In this document: positions 36,543 to 45,749 of the stretch, in pieces
Layout of the letters: each line of letters begins with the position of its first letter
Numbering within the stretch: position 1 is the stretch's first letter
Assembly: GCA_041491025.1 (NCBI GenBank)
Contig: JBGPUH010000001.1
Span: 8,043-72,042 of the forward strand
Source: Candidatus Methylomirabilis sp.
Lineage (GTDB): Bacteria; Methylomirabilota; Methylomirabilia; Methylomirabilales; Methylomirabilaceae
Direction: 5' to 3'
DNA: 64,000 nt
Position numbers and translations under genes: made by a program
Notes under the pieces: model-generated
Seen by the model: the letters and a program-made list of their open reading frames with translations, nothing else
What the model was told of the DNA's origin: nothing
Databases searched by the model: none

Positions 36543-37196
36543 CTCCTGACGGAAGGGGGGATAATCTGGACTTGCAGATGCACCGCAAAAAGCGCAGAAA
36601 CTCGCGGGCCACTCTTTCCTAACGTGTTTTCACACAATTACGGGGGGACTTTGTAAACATGGCGGCGTTAAACACGTCCGAAAAAAGGCAGGAGGGCCAG
36701 CCCACCGCACCACGGACAGCCAAAACTCGCTGTGATTTCGCCAGTTGAACCCGCTCCTCACGGATTTGGAGGCTGACTCGAATGCTCGAGTTGGCTGCCC
36801 GGGCCCGTCGAACAGGCCCCCCTACTCTTATGTGGAAACACGCTCCCGTTTTCCACCTGCGCTCTGATGTGCCCCACACCTCCTAACTCTACGCTGTTTA
36901 CGCCACTTTTAGACACGCGCCAACAGAACTGACGACCAAAAAGAATAGGACTCCTGGCCTGCAGAAGGGTGAACAGAGCAATTTCTTTCTCCAGACTACG
37001 AAGCCACGATGCATATCTCGCAGATCCCAGACCGCACCATTGTTCTCCACACCATCGTTGGCCCCACCTCCAGCATCAACAGCGATACCAGGTAGAACAG
37101 CACGCGGGAGTAAAGAATGAAGAAAGGGTCTGTTCAAAGGTGAACTCAGCCTTCGCGGCGTCCCCTTTAACCGCACAGAGAAAGGAGCTCCTCACC

Positions 37197-38099
37197 ATGA
37201 TCCCCTCCCGTCCCCTCACCACCACCACCGGCCTCTCTTCCCGTCGGCGCCTGCCTCGCCTGGGCAAGATTCGTCTCGGGATCCGCCAAGCAAGTAGAAG
37301 CGGTACCCCCGCTCCCTTCGAGACGCCCTTCTTCGTGTGCCCGCCCGAGGTCCGAAAGATCTACGGCGACCAGCCCACCAGCCTGCCCATCCTCCTCCCC
37401 GCGGAGGACCTTGGTACGTTGTTCCCCCAAGCGTTGGCCTGTTATGGCAAGACCACCGGGCTGAAATGCCGCGGTAACAACGAGATTGCCATGAGGCGCT
37501 GGGCTGACGTGGAGCCCACACTCCAAGCCACGCTTGGCGGATCCCATGGGCCCCACGACTACGTCGAAATCCCCTGTCCCTGCCCACGGCTTGAGACTGG
37601 CGAGTGCAGCCCAGTTGGGTCACTGCTCATCTTGCTTCCGCACGTGAGTCTCGGTGGCGTGTACCAGATCGATACGCATAGCCGGGCCAATATCATTCGG
37701 ATCAACAGCGCCGTCGACTGGCTCAAGATGATGTTGGGACACATCAGTATGATTCCGCTCACCCTTCTCCGGGAGCCGGTTCCGATGGGCCACAACGGGA
37801 CGCAGCGGATTCACTACTTGCTGAGCCTTCGATTCGACGGCGACCTTGAGGCCGCGCGGCGAGTGCGCGAGCATGGAGCCCATGCCATGCTGCCCGCGTT
37901 CGCGCTTCCGACTCCACATACGCTGCATAGCGACATCACCCCAGATGACACCGCACCACCCCCTGGTACACTCGCCGTGTCGGGCACAGTCGAGTCTGCA
38001 CCGTCTCGCGATCTCCCCGTGGTTCCTGACCCGCTTCTCTTGTGCCAGCCCACCCCGTCAGCTCCAACGGGCGTCAGTGCGCCTGCGGCACAAGAGTGA
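37197..38099 (+). CDS. Phage gp3-like / recombination directionality factor-like protein
   Basis: RRLPRLGKIRLG...P....FFVCP...YG..P..LPI; C.G; CPC......C; GGVYQIDT.S..NI; AAGGAG RBS. Confidence 0.75.
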   Translation: MIPSRPLTTTTGLSSRRRLPRLGKIRLGIRQASRSGTPAPFETPFFVCPPEVRKIYGDQPTSLPILLPAEDLGTLFPQALACYGKTTGLKCRGNNEIAMRRWADVEPTLQATLGGSHGPHDYVEIPCPCPRLETGECSPVGSLLILLPHVSLGGVYQIDTHSRANIIRINSAVDWLKMMLGHISMIPLTLLREPVPMGHNGTQRIHYLLSLRFDGDLEAARRVREHGAHAMLPAFALPTPHTLHSDITPDDTAPPPGTLAVSGTVESAPSRDLPVVPDPLLLCQPTPSAPTGVSAPAAQE

Positions 38100-38369
38100 G
38101 CGAAGCCGTCGCTCAGTACTCATCTCATGCCTTTCGCGAGATCGTCTGCTTCCCCTGCCAAAAGCGACGGGTTCCCGTTACGCGAGTTCCCCCCGCTACG
38201 GACCCACTACAAGAATAGAATCATGGCCTGTTCAAGGTGAATCACCTACACGTTCCCACCCCCACGGACTCGCCCAGTCCAGGGCGGCCACGGCCTCTCA
38301 CACGAATCACTCGCCCTCGACGTGGCTTCGAGGGCCCTTCCCTCTCTCTCGAGAGGCTGGAGAGTCACC

Positions 38370-38567
38370 ATGCAGACACACAGCACGACCTTTCACTTGG
38401 CCCTGACCGTCGCACCCACCGTTCGCGACCACCCCGTGATCGCTGGCACGGAACTTGCCACCGCACTCAGCCCCTTGCTGGAGCGCACCGACGGGTGGAG
38501 CGATGTCGTGGCAGTCCAGCTGGTGCCCACCGGCGACACGCCACTCCACAGCAAGTCTCATGGGTGA
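38370..38567 (+). CDS. Small hypothetical protein
   Basis: GGAGAG RBS. Confidence 0.5.
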   Translation: MQTHSTTFHLALTVAPTVRDHPVIAGTELATALSPLLERTDGWSDVVAVQLVPTGDTPLHSKSHG

Positions 38568-38624
38568 CCGCACCTGGGGAACAGAGCGCGGGTGATGGGT
38601 GGAGACAGCGGATGCAGTTTTCTC

Positions 38625-38655
38625 TTGACACGCCTCAGACAGTATGACAGTATGA
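38625..38655 (+). promoter_or_regulatory. Sigma-70-like promoter overlapped by direct repeat
   Basis: TTGACA-N17-CAGTAT; GACAGTATGA tandem repeat over -10, just upstream of RHH gene. Confidence 0.45.
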
Positions 38656-38658
38656 GGG

Positions 38659-38844
38659 ATGATGAATGCCACACGACGTCCGGATAAAAGCAAAATGGTC
38701 AGCGTCCTCATGGCACCAGCCACACATAAGCGGCTCCGACGACGCGCGTGTGAGAGTGACTGCAGCGTCGGCCAGATCATCCGTGAGGCGATCGCGCTGT
38801 ATCTCCGCCAAGGGTCGACACGACCCCGACGGTCGACCTCATAA
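38659..38844 (+). CDS. Ribbon-helix-helix (CopG-like) protein
   Basis: MVSVLMAPATHKRLRRRACESDCSVGQIIREAIALYL. Confidence 0.75.
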   Translation: MMNATRRPDKSKMVSVLMAPATHKRLRRRACESDCSVGQIIREAIALYLRQGSTRPRRSTS

Positions 38845-38899
38845 CATAGCCGCCCGTCCCTGATCCTCACACAGATATGTGCGTAAGGCGGTCGAGGGC

Positions 38900-38928
38900 T
38901 TGACAAGCGGAAACGTACCTGTTATGCA
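38900..38928 (+). promoter_or_regulatory. Sigma-70-like promoter
   Basis: TTGACA-N17-TATGCA with TG extension. Confidence 0.4.
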
Positions 38929-38934
38929 GATACT

Positions 38935-39669
38935 GTGAGGCATGTGATGCGAACCCCTACACTCCCACCAACCCTCCAGATCGCGCTCCTCGGCGCCGGC
39001 AATCGGCTGGTCGCACCACCCGACGGCTGGCTGCTACGCGAGACGCTGCCCGCCTGGAAGGCCGGCTGCTTTGGAGGCCTCGCCTTCGGCGTCTTGGCCT
39101 TCAAAATCTTCGGGCCACTCGCCGGGATGATGACGCTGGCGATCCTCGCCGTCAGCTGGCGTGTGCTCTCAGGGCGAGTACAACGGTCCCTGCCGCGGAG
39201 CTGGCTTGGCGACGGGCCGATGCTCTTGAACGCCCAGGTCCAGGCTGTGAAGGTATTGCATCAGTCTCTGCGGGGCCACCTCCCTGTACGACGACTCATC
39301 ACACTCGTCACGCGTCTTCTCCGTTCCTGCCGACGCCACGGCGGTCCACGGCGGGAAACTGCCCGCTCGCGAGCCGCCAGTGGCGGAGGTGGTGGGGGCG
39401 CTGGTGACGGCGACGGTGACGCCGACCCCGATCCGCTTTCTGGTGATCGTGGTTCCGCTCGTCTCACCCTCCTAGCAGTACCTCGAAGCGAACATTATTC
39501 CCGACTGGATTGCCACAACACAACACTTGATGTAGTTCGTCCTCGCACCGCGCGCATCATCTCTGGCGCGGTTATACCCCCGGCATTTCGAATTGACCGT
39601 CCCCGCTCACTCCCTTCCGCGGCCCCCGCAAGCCTGGGGTGCGATGGTCGCATGGAGTTCCGCCGATGA
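38935..39669 (+). CDS. Membrane-associated hypothetical protein
   Basis: Two hydrophobic segments, GGGGGGAGDGDGDADPDP tract; ATGA coupling downstream. Confidence 0.55.
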   Translation: MRHVMRTPTLPPTLQIALLGAGNRLVAPPDGWLLRETLPAWKAGCFGGLAFGVLAFKIFGPLAGMMTLAILAVSWRVLSGRVQRSLPRSWLGDGPMLLNAQVQAVKVLHQSLRGHLPVRRLITLVTRLLRSCRRHGGPRRETARSRAASGGGGGGAGDGDGDADPDPLSGDRGSARLTLLAVPRSEHYSRLDCHNTTLDVVRPRTARIISGAVIPPAFRIDRPRSLPSAAPASLGCDGRMEFRR

Positions 39670-41204
39670 CTGCCCCCATCGCTCCCCTCATGCCCGATTC
39701 TCGCATCCTGTTCCTCCTCAAACCCCTCGCACCTGGCGAGTACCACGTGCTGCGCATCAAAGATGGCCGGCCAAAAGGCGATACGAGCCTCGGCCGAAGA
39801 GGCCACAACGCGGCCGACACGCATGTCCAGTGGCTCCGAGAGCTGCACGTCAAGGGCCTGACCGCCGAGGACCTGCGGGCGCAATGGAAGGACCTGATCG
39901 ACACGCCACGCTCGGCGACGCGCCGCGGGCGGCACGAGGGCTTTGCGAAGGTGGAGTTCCTCGATACGCCCGTCAACGGCACGATGATGCGACGCGTGCG
40001 CGTCACTATTGGTCGGGCGCAGCGCACGCTCACACTGGGAACCACGGACGACGCCTGGGTGCGCGCTCGCTCCAACGAGATCTTGGAGCGTGTCGCCGCG
40101 TTCGGGGAGGCTGAGGCCGCGAAGATCCTGCTGGCCTCCTGGCCGCAGCTCACCGCCCTGGTCCATGGGCGATCTGCGCACGACGAACACACTCGACAGC
40201 AGCTCGCGGTCGCTGACCAAGAGTATTGCCGGACGCCGGAGGATCCCGACGGGGACGACAACCAGGACGGTGAGATTGTCTACATTGATCCCGACGACCG
40301 CATCGACCCTGACCGGATGCAGCGGGTGCAGGCCGGCCGGATCCACAGCCGCGACCTCGCGGAGGCGGCGATGGAACACATCGCCACCGAGTTCGGGCGG
40401 CCGCTGGCGGAACGCATCCGAAACCACATGGAGGGGACCGTCGTGCGCCTCGACCTCAAGGGCCCGATGTCGGAGGAGGATCAGGCACGGGTGCAGGCCA
40501 CGTACCAGGCGGACCTCGCGGTCACAGACGACCCCAAGACCTCAGATGTGTACGCCTCGACCCGGAAAGTCCTGCGCGAGCGGTTTCTCCTTGACACCTG
40601 CGCCTGTGATGAGGCGGACCTCGCCGTCCGGGTCGGCGTCTGGGTGCCCTGCCAGGGCGAGTCACATCACCTCGAGCTGCAGGATGGCAACCTGATCAGC
40701 CGCCACCACTCCACCGACTTGATGGCCGGCCATCCTGGCCAGCTGCTGCGCTCTCAGAGCCTGTGCCTGCGCATCGCGGGAGCACTCCGTGCTCCAGACC
40801 TCCCGGAGTCTCGAAAGATCGCCGTGCTTCATCGCCTGCGGCATGGGTGGCAGATACAGTGGACCTATCGGCAGACTGTGGCCAAGCCAGCGGCGCCGAC
40901 AGCCACACCCGTGGCCACCAACAACAGCTCCCCACAGTCCACGCCGCCAGGGCGCCTCCTGACCTGGTTGCAGGGCACGGTCATCGCGACCGATGAGATC
41001 CCGGCCCCTATTGTAGACGAGCGCCCCTATCCAACGGCACTCGTGCTTGGGAACGGCGGGCCCTCGTTAGCCGCCACGCGGCAGTTTGACAAGCGGCGGG
41101 AACTGCTTACGACCGCCGAGCAAGGGAATGGGGTCAAGCGGGAGATGCTACGATCGACGTATCACGTGATCATATGGATCCGACATGGACACCGGATCGT
41201 GTGA
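39666..41204 (+). CDS. Multidomain hypothetical protein (SLG/TLG repeats plus C-H-H-C domain)
   Basis: Shares modules with the 54882 ORF and with 41218/58083/60608/63340. Confidence 0.78.
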   Translation: MTAPIAPLMPDSRILFLLKPLAPGEYHVLRIKDGRPKGDTSLGRRGHNAADTHVQWLRELHVKGLTAEDLRAQWKDLIDTPRSATRRGRHEGFAKVEFLDTPVNGTMMRRVRVTIGRAQRTLTLGTTDDAWVRARSNEILERVAAFGEAEAAKILLASWPQLTALVHGRSAHDEHTRQQLAVADQEYCRTPEDPDGDDNQDGEIVYIDPDDRIDPDRMQRVQAGRIHSRDLAEAAMEHIATEFGRPLAERIRNHMEGTVVRLDLKGPMSEEDQARVQATYQADLAVTDDPKTSDVYASTRKVLRERFLLDTCACDEADLAVRVGVWVPCQGESHHLELQDGNLISRHHSTDLMAGHPGQLLRSQSLCLRIAGALRAPDLPESRKIAVLHRLRHGWQIQWTYRQTVAKPAAPTATPVATNNSSPQSTPPGRLLTWLQGTVIATDEIPAPIVDERPYPTALVLGNGGPSLAATRQFDKRRELLTTAEQGNGVKREMLRSTYHVIIWIRHGHRIV

Positions 41205-41217
41205 GGGAATCTCGCTG

Positions 41218-41955
41218 ATGATACCAACCAGCCATACCCCAGCCACCGCGACCGTGCGAGTCGCCTGCTCCGGCGTCTGGCACTGGATTCACCTGCGTCT
41301 CGACGGCCGGCTCCATTTTGCCGGTCACGGCCGAACTGAGCTGCGACTCGCAGCCCTGCTCGACGCACACGTCCCCTGCGCCCACATCCTGACGAAGGTC
41401 CGACAGCGCAAGTGGGACGACCTGCCCGGCCCGTTACGTCGATCGCTAGGGGCGGCAGCCAACGGCCGGTGGCGCACGACCGAGGAGTGGGATCAGGGAA
41501 TGCCACGACGACACCTCCGCCTCGGGGCCATTCAGCGCCGGTATCATGAGCTGATTCAACACGCAGCGCGCCTGGGACTTCGGCTTGAGCCCGCCTTGTC
41601 CTGCCCCCCGCGCCGTGATAACGACGACAGATTGTTTGTGTTTGAGGACGTCGGACTTGGCGACGGATCGAGCAGATCGCTTGCTAGTTGGCACCGCGGC
41701 GGCTGGGTCATCGATTGGCCCAAAGTCGCCGAGGCGGGCGCCGAGGTCATGCACACCCGATGGGCGAGCCTCCCGAATGAGTTTTGGGGAACGCCAGGCC
41801 GGTGTCGTGTCTGCCGTGTCCGCCCGGGCAGAGGAAAGATGCTAGAACACGCTCACAGCCACGCCCACCTGCAGGCGGTCACGCTGGCGCTCGAAAAGAT
41901 CTTCGGCCAGAAGGAGAATGAGGTGACCGATGAGCACATCGTCTCGCCCGAGTAG
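41218..41955 (+). CDS. C-H-H-C domain protein with C-terminal C2H2 finger
   Basis: VRVACSGVWH...GRLHFAGH...PC; CRVC...HAHSHAH. Confidence 0.75.
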   Translation: MIPTSHTPATATVRVACSGVWHWIHLRLDGRLHFAGHGRTELRLAALLDAHVPCAHILTKVRQRKWDDLPGPLRRSLGAAANGRWRTTEEWDQGMPRRHLRLGAIQRRYHELIQHAARLGLRLEPALSCPPRRDNDDRLFVFEDVGLGDGSSRSLASWHRGGWVIDWPKVAEAGAEVMHTRWASLPNEFWGTPGRCRVCRVRPGRGKMLEHAHSHAHLQAVTLALEKIFGQKENEVTDEHIVSPE

Positions 41956-42178
41956 TCGCGACGTGTTTGGACTCCTCGCCCAACTCGCCGCCACCGATCC
42001 CCAGGCCGCCAGCTTGGCCTATTATGAGATCGGCGTCCTTGGTCAGCCTCTCAGCCGGTGTTCCGGCGCCGCTAGGCGGGGGTTGCAGTGGCTCCGGGAG
42101 CGAGTCTGCGGCGGGGGGCGACACGTTCCTGCCAGGCAGAGCATGGAATTGACGCCTGCTGATTGTGAAAGGAGATAA
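41930..42178 (+). CDS. Small hypothetical protein
   Basis: GAGGTGA RBS; LAATDPQAA...EI motif shared with 54882. Confidence 0.6.
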   Translation: MSTSSRPSSRDVFGLLAQLAATDPQAASLAYYEIGVLGQPLSRCSGAARRGLQWLRERVCGGGRHVPARQSMELTPADCERR

Positions 42179-42184
42179 TCCCTG

Positions 42185-42664
42185 ATGCCCCACTCAACGT
42201 ATGGAGACCTGCACGCCAGCATCACGATCGGCGGGCGCGTGCCCCGCGCGCTGCTGCCGACACTCCTCCGCGCCGCCCGTGAGGACAGCTTCATGCGAGA
42301 CGACCCTGAGCTGCCACCCTCCGTCGGAGCACTGCTGGAGACCGCCCGGGACAGCGGCCTTCTCACCCTCTCCACCAGCTGTACCAGCAGCGGACGGTTC
42401 GATCAGCTTGAGGTCATGTTGCAGGCCGCCCACCTCCCCTTTAACCGACATTCTCTCGGCATCGACGGAGAGCTGGCCTCCTCTCGACGCGGCCAGGTTC
42501 CCGTCGTGCGCCGCTCGAATCAGGCCGGCGACGTGTGCTTGCGACGCAAAGACGTCGAGCGAATCCTCCACCACCTCCGGACTGGCCACATCGCGGCGGC
42601 CATCGAGCGCTTGGCCGCCAAGATGTACCAAGGGGGTCCCCTGCCCCCCGTCAGCATCGTGTGA
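42185..42664 (+). CDS. Hypothetical protein
   Basis: Motif plus AAAGGAG RBS; ASITIGGRV...FDQLE.ML....LPF.R.S. Confidence 0.72.
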   Translation: MPHSTYGDLHASITIGGRVPRALLPTLLRAAREDSFMRDDPELPPSVGALLETARDSGLLTLSTSCTSSGRFDQLEVMLQAAHLPFNRHSLGIDGELASSRRGQVPVVRRSNQAGDVCLRRKDVERILHHLRTGHIAAAIERLAAKMYQGGPLPPVSIV

Positions 42665-42679
42665 AAGGAGATATGCCTC

Positions 42680-43051
42680 ATGCACCCCCTGTCTCACGAG
42701 GTCCTCAGCGCCATGCTCGGCACCCTCTTTCGGCATGCGGCTACTCCACGAGCCTGGCGCGATCCACTCAGCGACTGGATCCTCTCTGAGAGCGCGAAGC
42801 GGCCGTTGCACCCCATCCGGCTGCTCGATCGACTGATCGGTTTTCACCCGGAGGCGCTCGAGCTGCTGCGCCGACACCCGGGCATGAATACCCTGATCAG
42901 CCAGCTCCTCAACAATTCGAAGATCGAGGACGAAGTGCTGGCGATCGAGGAGACCCTCACTCAGGCAGAGATCGAGGCTGAGACGCCTCCTCAGGCCGTG
43001 CACGCGTGGATGCAATCCGTGATGGACGAAGGGATCGTCAGGTCGGCCTAA
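42680..43051 (+). CDS. Hypothetical protein
   Basis: AAAGGAG RBS. Confidence 0.68.
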   Translation: MHPLSHEVLSAMLGTLFRHAATPRAWRDPLSDWILSESAKRPLHPIRLLDRLIGFHPEALELLRRHPGMNTLISQLLNNSKIEDEVLAIEETLTQAEIEAETPPQAVHAWMQSVMDEGIVRSA

Positions 43052-43144
43052 CACCAGGGGAAGAGAGGGCGGGTGGGGCTGTGGTAGGATGGGTGGTGAG
43101 CAACCTGACGATGGTCAGCTTTCCGAAACGCGGCACGTAGTGAA

Positions 43145-43405
43145 CTACTTGGAGGGAAACTCCTCTTTCTCTTGAGGCCGCTGTGGCGTTCCTGCCCCAA
43201 CGGGGCACCCCACCCGATGCTCCCGGATCCCCCCGCACGACGGACACCAGGCGAGTTCACATTTGGCGCACAAGAACCGCTGAGACAGGCTGCTGAGGCG
43301 GTGGCACCCGACACATCGGACCGGCGCACGGCCAGACGCGATGGCCCAGATCACGATGGCGACCGGGATCCCGATCAGAACAACGAAACCGATGAACGTG
43401 TCCAT
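43145..43405 (-). CDS. Membrane-anchored zinc-ribbon protein
   Basis: TM then CVGC, CAKC, CPSC; GAGGAGG RBS. Confidence 0.65.
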   Translation of the reverse strand: MDTFIGFVVLIGIPVAIVIWAIASGRAPVRCVGCHRLSSLSQRFLCAKCELAWCPSCGGIREHRVGCPVGAGTPQRPQEKEEFPSK

Positions 43406-43494
43406 GGGGGCGGCCTCCTCAGCCGCGAGATTGGGAAATCAGGCGAGGACCGCCACCACCCCTCCGACCACCAGCAGACCAATCAGGAGTTCCA

Positions 43495-43941
43495 TTACCG
43501 TGGCCCGCCATACAGCTGGCACGGCGGCGCCACCCAGTTGCCAAAGGCGTCGTAACACCCTTCAGGGGGCGCAACGGGCTGCGATGGCGCATATTGGACT
43601 GGCGGAGCGCCGTACCCCAAGTAGTCATAGTCGTAGGGGGAGTACGAAAAGGAAGGAGCGTAGGGATAGGCCGGATAGCCATAGTAGGGATACCCATAAG
43701 AGGGGTACCCGTACCACCCCGGCCAGCCCAGCCCGAGCCCCACGCCTAGCCCAAATTCAAACCCACCGCGAAACCCATGGTGGACGCTACCCCCACGGAA
43801 GCCGCCATGGCCGCTCACGCCTCCGCCACGCCCTCCCCAGCCCCGGGCGTCCACTGACAGCGGCGTACCGAGCGCCAGAACGAGCACCAGCACCAGGATA
43901 AGCGGTGCCCAGTATTTCGCGCACGTCTGTGACCTGATCAT
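43495..43941 (-). CDS. Secreted Gly/Tyr/Pro-rich low-complexity protein
   Basis: Signal peptide; GGFRGG and YGYP repeats. Confidence 0.7.
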   Translation of the reverse strand: MIRSQTCAKYWAPLILVLVLVLALGTPLSVDARGWGGRGGGVSGHGGFRGGSVHHGFRGGFEFGLGVGLGLGWPGWYGYPSYGYPYYGYPAYPYAPSFSYSPYDYDYLGYGAPPVQYAPSQPVAPPEGCYDAFGNWVAPPCQLYGGPR

Positions 43942-44207
43942 CTTTCTTCCCTCCTTCCGATCACGCGACATCTTGCGTCTCTACTTCTTTGTACGTTGAC
44001 CAGGGCACTCCAGTTACCCCAACGTACAGGCCAGCATGGCGGCGGTGACCACCATGAGCGTATAAGAGGACAGCAACACTTGGGGACAGAGGGCAGGACG
44101 GGGCTGGGGAGGGCCGCTTTGAGCTTGTGGGTGGTCGATGTGGGGGTGGTGGTTGGGATGGAGGATCGCTTAGACTGAGCGAGAAATTACCTTCGTGAGA
44201 AGCTCAC

Positions 44208-45749
44208 TCACTGGCTTGATAGAGAAGCGGAGGCAAACCCTGATTGCTCGCCCTGCATTTTTTTCGCAACCAGCGATGTACTTCGTTCCCGTTCGATCAG
44301 TTGTTGCACCTGCGTCAAAGACCGCTCAACCAGATCGACGGCCTGTTGTTTTTTCTTGGTCGCCTCTAACGCCAACGTGTTGATCGCACGCACAGTATGC
44401 CGTTGTCTATTGGTCCTCGGGATGGGTATCATGATGCTCCTGGCCTGATCCTCCGTCAGCTCGTCTACCACGGCCCCGTAAATGTGCGACGTGAGTTGGG
44501 CCTGTCCACATGATGAGGCCAGAAAGGCGTACACATACCCACCAGGACATGGACCCTCATCATTAGGAACAATGCGAAGGATGTGCTGGGAGGCCGCCCA
44601 CAAATGCCATCCGTCTGGAGCGATGGTCACCCTTCCTATCGTCCCGGAACACGTCACCAATACCCACCCATGCTCAATAATCCACGTGTCAAGATTTTTC
44701 TGCGCCTCCCTTGAGAGATACTTGAGGTCAGCCGGTTGGAAGTGCACCACGTGACTCCCCTGCAAAAACGGGATCCCGTGGTCCTTATCTACATAGATAC
44801 GCTTGAATCGGGGGGGAATGAACACCCGCCCTGTCACTTGCTCCAACCGCTTCAACGGCATCCCTGTTGACTTGAGCGCCTGTTTCGCTCTGGCCAGGTC
44901 CGGGTTATAATGACTCGCATCAAGCCGAGTCGTATCCGACTGAACAAGGCATGCACTCTCCACCGCGAAAGTCTCAACGCGCTGCCGTCTTTGTTCCTTG
45001 ACCTTCGGTCCGCGATGTATGAGCGCCTCCACAGAGGAGACCGCATTCTCTGCGAGCCGCTTGGCCTCGCCTCTGAGGGAGAGCGCCTTCGCGGCAAGAC
45101 AACTTGTTATTTCCACCATCGTTGCCTGCTCAGCGGTCTTCGGAACCGGCACCAACACGTTGCGGACCTGATCCTCTGTGAGCTCGTCCACAACGGCGCC
45201 ATAGATTCGAGATGTCAGCTGCACCTGACCATACTGGGAGAGAAGGAATGCCCATAAGTATCCAACGGGGATCGAGGCATCTTTCTTTGGTATCACCCTG
45301 AGGATATGCTCAGACGCTGCCCACCCATTCCACTCACGAGGGGCAATCACGGTGCGCCCGACAGTTCCTGATCGTGTAATGAGAACCCAGCCCGCCCGGA
45401 TAATCCAACGCTCAAGATGTTTCTGTGCCTGTCTGGAGACGTACTTGAGGTCTGGTGGGATAAAATGGACGACATGAACTCCCTGTAAGAAAGGCAAACC
45501 GTGGTTGGGATCCTCCACATACATACGACGACAACGCGGCGGGATGAACACGTCCTCGATTAACTCCCCAAGAGGCACCAACGGCAACCCGCTCCGCCGA
45601 AGAATGCCAAGGCACATCGCCAGTTGCGGGTTGTAGTGGCTCGCATCGAGGCGCAACCCATGTGATTTTTTCAGCCACTCGAGGCCAACGGAAAAGGCTT
45701 CAATCCTGTTTTCAGGGACTGGCGCCGCGGTTGCTCTAATGTCTGGCAT
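44208..45749 (-). CDS. Restriction-modification specificity (S) subunit with two closely similar halves
   Basis: RLDASHYNP...PFLQG...GWVL.T.SGT.GR...IYGAVVDELTEDQ twice. Confidence 0.88.
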   Translation of the reverse strand: MPDIRATAAPVPENRIEAFSVGLEWLKKSHGLRLDASHYNPQLAMCLGILRRSGLPLVPLGELIEDVFIPPRCRRMYVEDPNHGLPFLQGVHVVHFIPPDLKYVSRQAQKHLERWIIRAGWVLITRSGTVGRTVIAPREWNGWAASEHILRVIPKKDASIPVGYLWAFLLSQYGQVQLTSRIYGAVVDELTEDQVRNVLVPVPKTAEQATMVEITSCLAAKALSLRGEAKRLAENAVSSVEALIHRGPKVKEQRRQRVETFAVESACLVQSDTTRLDASHYNPDLARAKQALKSTGMPLKRLEQVTGRVFIPPRFKRIYVDKDHGIPFLQGSHVVHFQPADLKYLSREAQKNLDTWIIEHGWVLVTCSGTIGRVTIAPDGWHLWAASQHILRIVPNDEGPCPGGYVYAFLASSCGQAQLTSHIYGAVVDELTEDQARSIMIPIPRTNRQRHTVRAINTLALEATKKKQQAVDLVERSLTQVQQLIERERSTSLVAKKMQGEQSGFASASLSSQ